The notes under the pieces are model-generated. The model did no database searches. It was not told the DNA's origin and worked only from the letters and a program-made list of their open reading frames with translations. A stretch of DNA of 49,958 bases from Bacteriovoracaceae bacterium. GTDB taxonomy: Bacteria; Bdellovibrionota; Bacteriovoracia; Bacteriovoracales; Bacteriovoracaceae. The stretch spans positions 1 through 49,958 of the forward strand of contig JABIHA010000104.1 in the NCBI GenBank assembly GCA_018649885.1. The letters are read 5' to 3'. Shown here piece by piece: positions 29,661-39,365 of this stretch. Position numbers and translations under genes: made by a program. The first letter of the stretch is position 1; each line of letters begins with the position of its first letter.

Positions 29661-31828
29661 GCAGCTTCTTTAAAAGAAGTTTCTGAGCTCGAATGTATCT
29701 CTTCTCGTTTGGGCACAATAAGAAAATATGAAAAGACCAGTGCAACAGGCACTATTATCAAACGTCCTGTGGTAGACATCCCCGATACAAATGAAGAAAG
29801 GTCCTGGTTCATACCAAATAGAAGACCAAAACTATTAAAGCAAATGTGAAAAAAGATACAAGAGATCAGTCCTCTTTTTTCATACATTATGGCGAGGAAT
29901 ATTCCAACGGCGAAGGTGTGCCCCCACTTAAACATTGAAAAGTGAATAACAGCAAAAAAGACACTTGAAAGGATCACTGCAATTGGAAGACTGTATTGTG
30001 ACCTAAGGCCTTTGAAAATAATTCCTCTAAACAAGATTTCCTCAGAGAAGCCAGGAATGACGGCAAAGAGTAAAAAATAGCTGGCAAGAGAAGCAAACTG
30101 ATTAGACTCAAATATCACAGGGAAATCAATTTCAAACATTTCGAGAGCTACACTATTGCTGAGTAGTAAATTAAATAAAAGTGAAAGCGAAAATGCAGCA
30201 ACAATTAATCTAGCAATATATGGCCAGTCTGCTCCTCTCCACACAAAGGTTTTGGTAAAATCTAGCCCAGAGTACTGGGTAATAAATATAGAAGTACCAA
30301 GGCAAAATAATAGTGGCGAAAACAAAAACAAGAATATATCTATTTCAAGTGTTGAAATGGCATACCCACCATAAACATATCCCAGAAAGGCGATAGCAAA
30401 AGCTAGGAATGCATGTGCCGGGGCCAACGATTTAGATTTTCGTCTTTTGGAACTTAGAATATCATTTAAACTCTTAATATCGGAGCTTCCTTTCCATTGG
30501 ACCAGAAAGGCCCCTAATGAAAACCATATTAAAACCATTGAAGCAGCTAGGTTTACAAAAAGCCCTAAGGTAACTGCAATGTAATTTGGGTTATTTAACA
30601 ATAGATTTTCAATAGAAATGGGAAAGTTTATCAGGGGAATACATGCCATAATACTACTAAGCTTAATATCCATTGCCCCGATTGTGCCAATGGGAATCAT
30701 AAGAGCAAACATTAAAAGTGTTATGAGTGATTGCGCCTGAACTTTTGTCTTGGCAAAAGCACATGCAAGAAAACACATTGACGAAATAAAAATCGCAGCC
30801 GATATTGTTCCCGCGATGATGAAGGCAATAGTAGTTGCTGTTAGGGCCGGCAGATTTTGAAATAGGTGATTTGAATTTCCCCAAGCATAAACTATAACAA
30901 ACTCGATAAAATACGGAATAAGAGTTAAAAGTCCTTGCAGTGCTACATTGAGATACTTACCAATAAATATTTCATGGAGGCTAATAGGATTCATCAAAAG
31001 GATTTTAAAGGTTTTCTGATCTCTTTCACCAATGGTGGTGTTAATAGTAGGATGAAAGGTAGACATTAGTAGTAGAAATAATATTCCGCCGCCAATTCCT
31101 AATCCCATTACCTTTATCAATTTGGATGTCGATTGGTCTAGATTAACGTCCCAGAAATGAAAAGGGTTTAACTCATACTCCTGGATGTTCTTTTGACTTT
31201 TAAAGGATGTAATTAGCTGAGTTTCATACTTTTTGAAAATCAGTCGAGTATGCTTTAAGGCGGCCTGAGAAATGATATTTTCCTCAGAATAGAAGAAATA
31301 TGTGACAAAAGCTTGAGAGTCTGTTTTAAATACCGCGATATGTACATTCGTATCATCAGTATACTTTCCCTTGAGAATTTGCAGGGCGGAAAGGTAGTCA
31401 TTTTTTGCTTTAACAAGCTTTTCATTATTTTCTTTTAATATCTTTTTATCTTTTTTTATTTTCTTTTTGAGACTAAATCCTTTGCTCTTTAGTTCTATAA
31501 ATGCCTTGAACTTGGTCCTGTAATCTACAATCTCTGCTTCATTTAGAGTTGTACTCAACTGCTTTAGCTCGATCTTCTTATTACTGCTTAACTGATCTAC
31601 TAGTTCAGGGTCTAATTCGCCCTGGTAACTAACCGTAAAAATAGTATCGTCTTTGAGAGGAGCGTTGCTCTTGGCCACTGTATAATTTGCGGCTTCTAAA
31701 ACAAAAATGAGATATAGTGGAACTCCAAAAAGGGGAATAAAAAAGTTTGTAAACAGTACAGACTTATCTCGCATTATTTGGAGGAATTCTTTTTTAAATA
31801 CGGCCTTAATATTTCTGAGCGAAATCAT
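29657..31828 (-). CDS. NatB-like ABC permease fused to CPBP (Abi/CAAX) intramembrane protease
   Basis: KKEFLQIMRD, GERDQKTF..LL..P, GKY; C-terminal EEILFRG, FAVIH, HICFN. Confidence 0.88.
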   Translation of the reverse strand: MISLRNIKAVFKKEFLQIMRDKSVLFTNFFIPLFGVPLYLIFVLEAANYTVAKSNAPLKDDTIFTVSYQGELDPELVDQLSSNKKIELKQLSTTLNEAEIVDYRTKFKAFIELKSKGFSLKKKIKKDKKILKENNEKLVKAKNDYLSALQILKGKYTDDTNVHIAVFKTDSQAFVTYFFYSEENIISQAALKHTRLIFKKYETQLITSFKSQKNIQEYELNPFHFWDVNLDQSTSKLIKVMGLGIGGGILFLLLMSTFHPTINTTIGERDQKTFKILLMNPISLHEIFIGKYLNVALQGLLTLIPYFIEFVIVYAWGNSNHLFQNLPALTATTIAFIIAGTISAAIFISSMCFLACAFAKTKVQAQSLITLLMFALMIPIGTIGAMDIKLSSIMACIPLINFPISIENLLLNNPNYIAVTLGLFVNLAASMVLIWFSLGAFLVQWKGSSDIKSLNDILSSKRRKSKSLAPAHAFLAFAIAFLGYVYGGYAISTLEIDIFLFLFSPLLFCLGTSIFITQYSGLDFTKTFVWRGADWPYIARLIVAAFSLSLLFNLLLSNSVALEMFEIDFPVIFESNQFASLASYFLLFAVIPGFSEEILFRGIIFKGLRSQYSLPIAVILSSVFFAVIHFSMFKWGHTFAVGIFLAIMYEKRGLISCIFFHICFNSFGLLFGMNQDLSSFVSGMSTTGRLIIVPVALVFSYFLIVPKREEIHSSSETSFKEAA

Positions 31829-32562
31829 GCAGCAACCTGTTCTTCTTTTAGGGCCTTGTAAAATGCCTCAGTAAGATTTGTTGAATTAGAACTCTCTAGC
31901 AGCTCCTGGTGGTTTGTCTCTTTTACCAGAATACCTTTTTCAATCATCAAAATCCTATCACTTAGGTACTCTACTTCACTAAGTATATGAGTGCTAAAAA
32001 TGATGGCCTTTCCTCTTTCTTTCTCAGCTTTTAAAAAATCCATAATGTCTTTAGAAACTACCAAATCAAGGGAGGCAGTAACCTCATCGAAGATTAATAT
32101 TTCTGGATCATGAATAATAGAAGCTGAAATAAGAGAGCGCTGTTTTTGTCCACTTGAAAGTTCTGAATAATGTTTTTCGAGAATTTCTCCTAGAGAGAAT
32201 TGCTCTGCCAGCTGTTCGATTCGGTCATTTGTCTTTTTTTGAGAAAACCCCTTTAGATCCCCTAGAAGCCTAAGAGTTTCTAGTACTGAGAAAGTTTCAT
32301 ACAAGGCCATATCACAAGTTAGATAGCCTAGGTTTGTTTTTACCTCTTTATAGTTTTTTTCAAATGTTTTACCACTAAACTCTATAGTTCCTGATGTTGG
32401 AAGCAAAATTCCAGCGATCATATTTAGGGTGGTAGATTTTCCAGCTCCGTTTGAACCCAGTAGAGCAGTTACTTCTCCAAAAGGAATTTCAAATGAAATA
32501 TCATCTACCGCAACAGTATCCTGAAATTTTTTAGATAAATTTTTTATTGTTATGGCCGACAT
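31825..32562 (-). CDS. NatA-like ABC transporter ATPase
   Basis: GSNGAGKST, LSSGQKQR, LIFDE, STH; ATGA overlap with the permease gene. Confidence 0.92.
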   Translation of the reverse strand: MSAITIKNLSKKFQDTVAVDDISFEIPFGEVTALLGSNGAGKSTTLNMIAGILLPTSGTIEFSGKTFEKNYKEVKTNLGYLTCDMALYETFSVLETLRLLGDLKGFSQKKTNDRIEQLAEQFSLGEILEKHYSELSSGQKQRSLISASIIHDPEILIFDEVTASLDLVVSKDIMDFLKAEKERGKAIIFSTHILSEVEYLSDRILMIEKGILVKETNHQELLESSNSTNLTEAFYKALKEEQVAA

Positions 32563-32578
32563 CGCTACCTCACATCCT

Positions 32579-32621
32579 ATGTCGGTAGCTTTAACTCTAA
32601 TTCTGAGTAGTTAGAGTTAAA
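32579..32621 (-). promoter_or_regulatory. FliA-like promoter overlapped by 11-bp inverted repeat
   Basis: TCAGA-N15-ACCGACAT on the minus strand; TTTAACTCTAA-N10-TTAGAGTTAAA at 32590-32621. Confidence 0.45.
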
Positions 32622-32712
32622 ATTGTCAGAGATTTGGATATTTTCACTAATTCTTCCTGGACCAGAGCTGAGGCTCTTTGCTTAACCAGCATTCCCCGAG
32701 TTAGAAGATCTG

Positions 32713-33717
32713 TTACTTGAATAAGTAGACCTTTTTGTACTTTTCAGAGTTTATTGACCTTAAGGATACTGCGTCCATAATCTGCTCTATCAAGTCAATT
32801 CCAACTTGATATTTGGCACTGGATAGTTCTGCAAATACAAAGTATTTGTTTAGCATAGACAGAGTTACAGCTTTTTTACCTTTAAGGGTGTCCTCAATCT
32901 CAAATGTAAACATACACATCAAGGCGATATTTGTTCCTTTAAGAGAAAAGATATATTCTTTTATAAATTCAACCCCCTCTTCTGGGAATGAGTAGTTTAC
33001 CTTATCTTGGATTTCTTTATAATTAATAGAATGATAAGCATGATCATAGTAACTACTCTCATATTGATAGATCTTTTCATCCTTCAACTCAAGAGTTTGC
33101 AGTTGATTTTTCACAATAGTGTGTTGAGATGTTCTGTAATCTGATCCGTCACTATCTGTTACCCAGCTACATTGGCTCCTACCTGGTCGCTGATCATTTG
33201 GAAAAAGTATCTCCTTTCTTGTTTGATAATTTGAATAAATGGTCAGATTTTCTTCTAATGTTAAAAATTTAATTTCTCTGTATCCTGTATTAAATTTTTC
33301 CTGGTAGTAGTCTTCTACATTATCTTCTGTTATGTATTGGTCATATTCAATTTTACCAACAACATTCAACATTATGTCTGCATAAGTATCAGAGACGATT
33401 GTAAAAGCGATTGATTTTTCTCCATGATTCAGTGTCTCAATGAATTTTAGGGACTTTAACTCACACACCGATAGTATTTCGCAATTGTCGATATAAGTTT
33501 GACTACTTCCTAATTCATTAAAAATGGTAATTGCTAACTCGTAACGGACTTTAAAAGTATCATTAGTACTGCTATTTTCTTGTATCTTGTAGATATTGAA
33601 GTGAACTCTGTCCTTTGCATAATCATCTGGACCAACAAAAATAACTGGAGAATCTAATGCAGCGAAGAGATTATTTGAGATAAGCAGTAGCATCAATAAT
33701 AGGTAGTGGTTCTTCAT
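32713..33717 (-). CDS. Secreted hypothetical protein
   Basis: GGGGG RBS before ATG 33717; signal peptide MKNHYLLLMLLLISNNLFA. Confidence 0.75.
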   Translation of the reverse strand: MKNHYLLLMLLLISNNLFAALDSPVIFVGPDDYAKDRVHFNIYKIQENSSTNDTFKVRYELAITIFNELGSSQTYIDNCEILSVCELKSLKFIETLNHGEKSIAFTIVSDTYADIMLNVVGKIEYDQYITEDNVEDYYQEKFNTGYREIKFLTLEENLTIYSNYQTRKEILFPNDQRPGRSQCSWVTDSDGSDYRTSQHTIVKNQLQTLELKDEKIYQYESSYYDHAYHSINYKEIQDKVNYSFPEEGVEFIKEYIFSLKGTNIALMCMFTFEIEDTLKGKKAVTLSMLNKYFVFAELSSAKYQVGIDLIEQIMDAVSLRSINSEKYKKVYLFK

Positions 33718-33894
33718 TTTTCCCCCAATTGAAAATTCAAATCTTCGATTTTTTATGGCATGAAAAAACATGAATTACAAAAGGCTTAAACCTATCTTGA
33801 GAATTTTCTATATTTTAATTAAAATGATGTTAAGTTTTGATTGAAATTTTTTCCTGATACCCAGCTAACAAAAAAGGTATCAAATACTGGATGT

Positions 33895-34656
33895 TTAGAA
33901 TTTTTTAAAGATGAGATTTTCATTCCAGGTAATACGGTTGTCACCATTAAGAGTCAAACTACCAAATTGTTCGATGTTATTATTTGGATGAATAGTAATA
34001 AAGCTATTAAGGGAGGATGCTCCTGCTTTCACATTTGTGGTAGCAGTATTATCTATTAAACAACCTTGCCCTGCAAGAAGACCGTCTCTTTCGATGTCAA
34101 AAAGAGGACCAACTTTGTTGTAAAAAATATTTTTTGTTTCAAACTTTTTACCATTTGAGATTTCAAATTTCCGTCCTATTTCACCACCTATAACTTTCAT
34201 TGTTATCTTAATGGTGAAATCCCCTCCCTCATGCTCGATCCACCTTCCCGTTCCACTGTACAGCCCATCTGGAAAGAAATGAAAAACCTTTGACGAGGTA
34301 TCTAACTTTGTTTCAAAAAGTGTTTGAATCAGCTGGTGGTACGTATCTTTCTCGGAATCAGTAGTGGCATTTTCATAGCAAACCCTTAATGTGAGATATT
34401 GCCTTTCAGTTGAATTAAGTTTGAGGTTAATGGCCAAGCGTTCAATCAAGTCTGAATTTATTTTCTTCTCACCTCTTAATACTTTTGCCAGTAGATCAGG
34501 ATGGCCTAGTCCAAGTTGACCTGACCATCCTCTGATTGAAAAAGAGGAATTTTTTTTCTTTTTTCTCTCTAATTCTTCTTTAATAAAATGGAGACAACTT
34601 GTAGTACTAATTAAATTTGTATTAATTTCAAATCTTGTACTAACATGTTTCCCCAT
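33895..34656 (-). CDS. TIGR02147-type N-terminal HTH domain fused to a beta-rich C-terminal domain
   Basis: KKKNSSFSIRGWSGQLGL...LAKVLRGEKKI...LKLNSTERQY; C-terminus GLYSGTGRW plus alternating strands. Start uncertain. Confidence 0.7.
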   Translation of the reverse strand: MGKHVSTRFEINTNLISTTSCLHFIKEELERKKKKNSSFSIRGWSGQLGLGHPDLLAKVLRGEKKINSDLIERLAINLKLNSTERQYLTLRVCYENATTDSEKDTYHQLIQTLFETKLDTSSKVFHFFPDGLYSGTGRWIEHEGGDFTIKITMKVIGGEIGRKFEISNGKKFETKNIFYNKVGPLFDIERDGLLAGQGCLIDNTATTNVKAGASSLNSFITIHPNNNIEQFGSLTLNGDNRITWNENLIFKKF

Positions 34657-34687
34657 AATTTCCACAAAACCTACTTTCGAATGTATT

Positions 34688-35158
34688 TTAATATCTATTG
34701 AAAATACAATCACCCTTGCCATGGCCAGTCAAGTTAAAGATTGCCTTCAATTTGTTATGACCTTCAAGTTCTAATTTAAACTTAATTGCAAAGGTTTCCC
34801 CAGTTGGCTCAAATCTCCTTTGAGTTCCATGAAGAATTGTCTTGGCCGCAAGCCAACGAGATGTAATTGTCCTTTTACGAAGGAGCTTACCTTTTCTGCT
34901 GACTCTTTCTGTTTGATTCTTACCAATCTCAACTAAAAGGGCATCACGTAATACGAGCGCTCCACTCTTATCACGATACTTACTAGTCCAAACAAGTCTT
35001 TCACACCCTACTTGCTCAAGTTCAATTAAGTTCGGGAATTTTATAACATCACTCTCCGGACAACTTCCAATCCATGTTCCAGAAAAGTCGGTGCAAGAAA
35101 GATCACTTGAGAAGGCATTGGCGCTGATAATTGCAAAGAATAAGACTAATAGTTTCAT
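34688..35158 (-). CDS. Secreted beta-barrel-like hypothetical protein
   Basis: AAGGAG RBS, signal peptide, CTDFSGTWIGSC (calycin-like GxW). Confidence 0.75.
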   Translation of the reverse strand: MKLLVLFFAIISANAFSSDLSCTDFSGTWIGSCPESDVIKFPNLIELEQVGCERLVWTSKYRDKSGALVLRDALLVEIGKNQTERVSRKGKLLRKRTITSRWLAAKTILHGTQRRFEPTGETFAIKFKLELEGHNKLKAIFNLTGHGKGDCIFNRY

Positions 35159-35255
35159 GATAAATCTCCTTATTTATGATTAATGATTCATGGTTTTAGA
35201 CAGAATCCTAAAACTCATTATTCAAAAAAAATAGGGAAATTGAATACTTTGACAA

Positions 35256-35397
35256 AGAAAGTGTCAGGCCAACCTGACACTTTCTAGGAATACTTTTAAA
35301 AAATTCATTCTCTCAATTAATTTTTCATTAACATTATTAGGAATATATATGGTTACAGGTTTTATTTTATTGGAGTCAATGTCATGCTTTAATGACA
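35256..35397. promoter_or_regulatory. Two TGTCA-N8-TGACA palindromic boxes
   Basis: 35262-35279 (inside the 13-bp-arm palindrome AGAAAGTGTCAGG-CCAA-CCTGACACTTTCT) and 35380-35397. Confidence 0.55.
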
Positions 35398-35445
35398 CCG
35401 AAGCTTTGGTAATACTGGGTTAAGGAGCCCCCTAAGTGTTAACTT

Positions 35446-35847
35446 CTATTTGGTAGTTGCTTCAGAAAACTTACAGCCGAGTGCTGAAAAGTAAGCATTT
35501 GGATCGAAAAGAATTTGATGGCCACCTCTTAGAACATTATAAGTTCCCTGATCTATAGGATCCAACTTCACCCAATCTGATGTTGTAAGGCCATATTCAA
35601 CTTCTGTACCATCTATGTACTCAACTCTAAGAGATTGAACGAGTCCCCAATCTTCTTGTTGAATATTTTTCACCTCAGCTAGTTTTTGGGTCCAACTAGT
35701 ATTTGCTAAATATTCATTTAAATCGGAAACAAGTACCACAAGATCAATATCAGAGTCTTTTTTCTGATCTCCTCTGGCATAGGAGCCTACAAGTAAAACA
35801 CCTTCAACCCCCGCTAACTCAAATAACCATTTAAATTTTTCATTCAT
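35446..35847 (-). CDS. Pol-beta-superfamily nucleotidyltransferase (aminoglycoside adenylyltransferase N-domain-like)
   Basis: LVGSYARG...SDIDL; EDWG.VQSLRV; EVEYG. Confidence 0.85.
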   Translation of the reverse strand: MNEKFKWLFELAGVEGVLLVGSYARGDQKKDSDIDLVVLVSDLNEYLANTSWTQKLAEVKNIQQEDWGLVQSLRVEYIDGTEVEYGLTTSDWVKLDPIDQGTYNVLRGGHQILFDPNAYFSALGCKFSEATTK

Positions 35848-35915
35848 GACTATGAAGTATTATATTCGAAGCATGATGACAAGACGAGTTGTAGTACATG
35901 AAAAGCTTGATGCTA

Positions 35916-36812
35916 TCACTCATCGAACATAGAGCAAGTTAAAGTTGAAGCGTCACAAAAAAGGCCATCATCACAATCTGAGTTGGCAAAGCACCCATTA
36001 TCTAGCTGACAAAGACCACAGTTAGGGCCACCACAATCAACATCTGTTTCATTTCCACTCATTACTCCGTCACTACATGTATTTGTTGAAGCAACAGGAT
36101 TTAAAATGGAGGCCAATGTCTCGCCTGTGAAGTCACCAATATGAGTAATTTGTGTAGCAGGGTCATCAACAAGGCAACTATAGGCATCAGGATCAAAATT
36201 AGGCCCATTGCCAATTATATGGAAACGTATTCCTGTATTGTCAAAGGACTGTTTGAAATTACAATGTATTCCGTCTAAAAAAGGATAAGGAGCGGCATCA
36301 ACAACTAATAAAAGTATTCTCTCAGAATCCATCGAAATCGGTTGTGTCAAAATATCAACTGTATGCTCAAGGGCGCCATAAAGAAAGCTTGTCCCCCTTA
36401 AATATGAAAGGCCTTCAATTTTCTCTCTCATCCATGGAATATTTTCATCACTTATTAAATTGTCGCCAAGGTCAGAATGTATTTCAAGTAAATGACTACC
36501 GCTATAGCTCATGAAATTTAAGTAAGTCTCACTATCTTTTAATTGTTCAGATTCTAAAAGTGATATGGAAAATTCCTTAAGATTATCCCAAGCATCAAGT
36601 CCCACACTTCCCGAGCTATCTGCCAAGATCATTATCTCTCTTCTAGGGAGCTCCACAATCTCTGGTGTACCTTCCTCTTCCACATCAACGGGTGCAACTT
36701 CATTTTGGCCCGCAGTCGAAACGGTAGAGCTGCCAGAGCTAGCAGAATCGCTATTGCATCCTGAGGCGAAAACGATAATTAAAAGTAAAAATGTAAGTGA
36801 GATAGCTTTCAT
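35916..36812 (-). CDS. vWA-domain lipoprotein with C-terminal Cys-rich module
   Basis: Lipobox FASGC after ATG 36812; MIDAS DSSGS; CSDGVMSGNETDVDCGG..C repeat. Confidence 0.85.
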   Translation of the reverse strand: MKAISLTFLLLIIVFASGCNSDSASSGSSTVSTAGQNEVAPVDVEEEGTPEIVELPRREIMILADSSGSVGLDAWDNLKEFSISLLESEQLKDSETYLNFMSYSGSHLLEIHSDLGDNLISDENIPWMREKIEGLSYLRGTSFLYGALEHTVDILTQPISMDSERILLLVVDAAPYPFLDGIHCNFKQSFDNTGIRFHIIGNGPNFDPDAYSCLVDDPATQITHIGDFTGETLASILNPVASTNTCSDGVMSGNETDVDCGGPNCGLCQLDNGCFANSDCDDGLFCDASTLTCSMFDE

Positions 36813-36861
36813 AAACAATCCTTGTTTGAAGACTAACCAATCCCTGGTTAGCTTTATATAG

Positions 36862-36878
36862 TGCAAGCAAAATGCCAA
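36862..36878 (-). promoter_or_regulatory. Sigma-54 -24/-12 promoter
   Basis: TTGGCATTTTGCTTGCA (GG-N10-GC) 50 bp upstream of ATG 36812. Confidence 0.65.
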
Positions 36879-37052
36879 ATAATTACTATAATTCAGGGAA
36901 CTTAGAGAAGGTACTTTGACTAATTTTAAGCCAGTGTATATATAGAAAACACTTCCTGAACAGACGTAGTAGGCAGGTAACAACTATAATTCTTACCAAA
37001 AACCAGTCAAATCTCTATAAAGTCCATATCTTTGGTGATACGAGCTATTTCT

Positions 37053-39251
37053 ATGCAAGTAAAAGTACGCTTTTTAGACAATCTCAGGCTTCAGGCCAAC
37101 TTTGATGACTTTAGTATCATCACTGATCAGCCTATTCGCTATAAAGGTGATGGAACAGCTCCAGGGCCTTTTGATTATTTTTTGGCGTCCTCCGCTCTTT
37201 GCGCCGCCTACTTTGTTAAGGTTTATTGCAAGGCCCGAGATATCCCCACTGAAGATATCAGCATTACTCAAGACAATATCATTGATCCTGAAAATAGATA
37301 CAAGCAAACTTTTGTCATTCGTGCCGAACTTCCAGAAAGCATTTCTGAGAAAGATCGAAATGGTATTATCGCCTCAATGAGCAGATGCACAGTCAAAAGA
37401 GTTGTTCAAAATGTTCCAGATTTTAAAATTAACGCTATTGGTGTTCTTGGAAAAGACTCTGGTCTTCTCTATGAGAGTGACTCCGATGACAACACGAAAA
37501 CCATGATTCTAGGAAAAGATTGTTCTCTTGAAGAAACAATCACCAATATGACGGCCCTAATAGAGTCTCTTGGAATAAAAATTGAGATCGCTTCATGGAG
37601 AAATATCGTTCCCCATGTGTGGTCTGTCCATATAAGAGACGCCGATTCTCCCATGTGCTTTACCAATGGAAAAGGTGCAACTAAAGATGCTGCCCTTTGC
37701 TCGGCCCTGGGGGAATACTTAGAGAGAATCAGCAATAATTATTTTTACAATGATTTTTACTTAGGTGAAGAAATAGGATCGAGTGATTTTGTTCACTACC
37801 CCAACGAAAAATGGTTTGGCCCTGGATCAAATGACAGTCTACCTGGGGGCCTAATGGATGAAAGATTCCTTGAGGTTTATAATAAAGATGGTGAGCTTAA
37901 GGCCTCTCATTTAATAGATACAAATTCAGGGGCCATCGAACGAGGCATTTGCGCTCTTCCTTATGAGCGTCAATCAGACAATGAAACAGTCTATATTCCA
38001 GTAAACCTGATCGGAAATATTTATGTCAGCAACGGCATGAGTGCTGGAAATACAATATATGAAGCAAGGGTTCAATGTCTGTCGGAGATTTTTGAACGTG
38101 CGGTGAAAAATCAAATTATTCTTGAAGAGATCACCCTTCCAGATGTTCCGAGATCGGTACTTGAGAAATACCCCACAATAGTCGAAGGCATTGATAAGCT
38201 TGAGGCCCAAGGTTTTCCAATTATTGTTAAAGACGCTTCACTTGGGGGAAAATTCCCTGTTATGTGTGTCACCTTAATGAATCCCAAAACTGGTGGCGTA
38301 TTCGCTTCTTTTGGAGCTCATCCAAAATTTGAAGTAGCACTTGAGAGAAGTCTAACAGAGCTTATGCAAGGTAGAAGTTTTGAAGGCATGAATGACGTAC
38401 TTCCTCCTACCTTTAACCAAAACGCGGTAAGTGAGCACAATAATATTGTCGATCACTTTATTGACTCTACTGGAGTGGTTTCTTGGAAGTTTTTCAGTGA
38501 ACAAACTGACCATGAATTCTCAGAGTGGAATTTCTCTGGATCCACTGAAGAGGAATACAACTACCTTATGGGAATTCTCTCTGAACTGGAAAAAGAAGTC
38601 TATATTGCAGACTATGAAGAATTGGGTGCAAAGTCCTGTAGGATTTTAGTTCCTGGCTATTCTGAAATTTATGAGCCAGAAGATCTTATTTGGGATAATC
38701 ACAACCGAGCACTTAGCTTTAGATCAGATATTCTCAATATTCATGCGCTCGGTAACGAGGCCCTAGCAGGATTAGTTGAAAACCTAGAAGTTAGTGAACT
38801 TGACGATTACATGGCAATCTCCGAGCTCATTGGGGTTTCCTTTGATGAAAACTCAGCTTGGGGTCAATGTACTATTGGAGAATTAAAAAGCTTAAGCCAC
38901 TTAGCACTTGGAAATGTTGAAGAAGCTAAAGGACTGGTTGAAATGTTTTTAACATTCAATGATGCCAACCCCACAAGAAGAAAATTTTATCAAGCCTTAA
39001 ATGTTGTACTTGATATCACTCTACGAGAAGATCTTGAACTTGAAAACTACGCTCCCAACCTAATAAGAATGTTTGGCGAGGAAGTTTTAAATAGCGCCAT
39101 AAAAAGTGTCTCACGTGAGATTAGTTTTTTTGGATTAACCAAAACAAATATGAAGCTCGAAGGCCTTGATAAACATCTTGCTCTGATCGAAAGTTACCAG
39201 AAACTTCAAGTGGCCAAACAAAATCTCTTTACACAAAAAGAGCGACTATGA
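37053..39251 (+). CDS. ycaO: OsmC-domain/YcaO-domain fusion protein
   Basis: N-terminal TDQP..GDGTAPGPFDYFLAS OsmC; TNGKGA..ALCSALGEYLER, SNGMSAGN, EIFER, ERSLTELMQGR. Confidence 0.9.
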   Translation: MQVKVRFLDNLRLQANFDDFSIITDQPIRYKGDGTAPGPFDYFLASSALCAAYFVKVYCKARDIPTEDISITQDNIIDPENRYKQTFVIRAELPESISEKDRNGIIASMSRCTVKRVVQNVPDFKINAIGVLGKDSGLLYESDSDDNTKTMILGKDCSLEETITNMTALIESLGIKIEIASWRNIVPHVWSVHIRDADSPMCFTNGKGATKDAALCSALGEYLERISNNYFYNDFYLGEEIGSSDFVHYPNEKWFGPGSNDSLPGGLMDERFLEVYNKDGELKASHLIDTNSGAIERGICALPYERQSDNETVYIPVNLIGNIYVSNGMSAGNTIYEARVQCLSEIFERAVKNQIILEEITLPDVPRSVLEKYPTIVEGIDKLEAQGFPIIVKDASLGGKFPVMCVTLMNPKTGGVFASFGAHPKFEVALERSLTELMQGRSFEGMNDVLPPTFNQNAVSEHNNIVDHFIDSTGVVSWKFFSEQTDHEFSEWNFSGSTEEEYNYLMGILSELEKEVYIADYEELGAKSCRILVPGYSEIYEPEDLIWDNHNRALSFRSDILNIHALGNEALAGLVENLEVSELDDYMAISELIGVSFDENSAWGQCTIGELKSLSHLALGNVEEAKGLVEMFLTFNDANPTRRKFYQALNVVLDITLREDLELENYAPNLIRMFGEEVLNSAIKSVSREISFFGLTKTNMKLEGLDKHLALIESYQKLQVAKQNLFTQKERL

Positions 39252-39365
39252 ACACTAGCCTAGATCGATAATTACTTTAAACTATTCCTCTCCTTATCGA
39301 CAGGCTCCTGGGACCGAAAATAATATTATGTTACTCACTAATTATTCCGATCTCTCCTTATGGCG

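Noticed and set aside
37053..39251. RiPP biosynthetic cluster around YcaO
   Set aside because: No precursor, E1-like partner, dehydrogenase or TfuA recognised; looks like the stand-alone OsmC fusion type.
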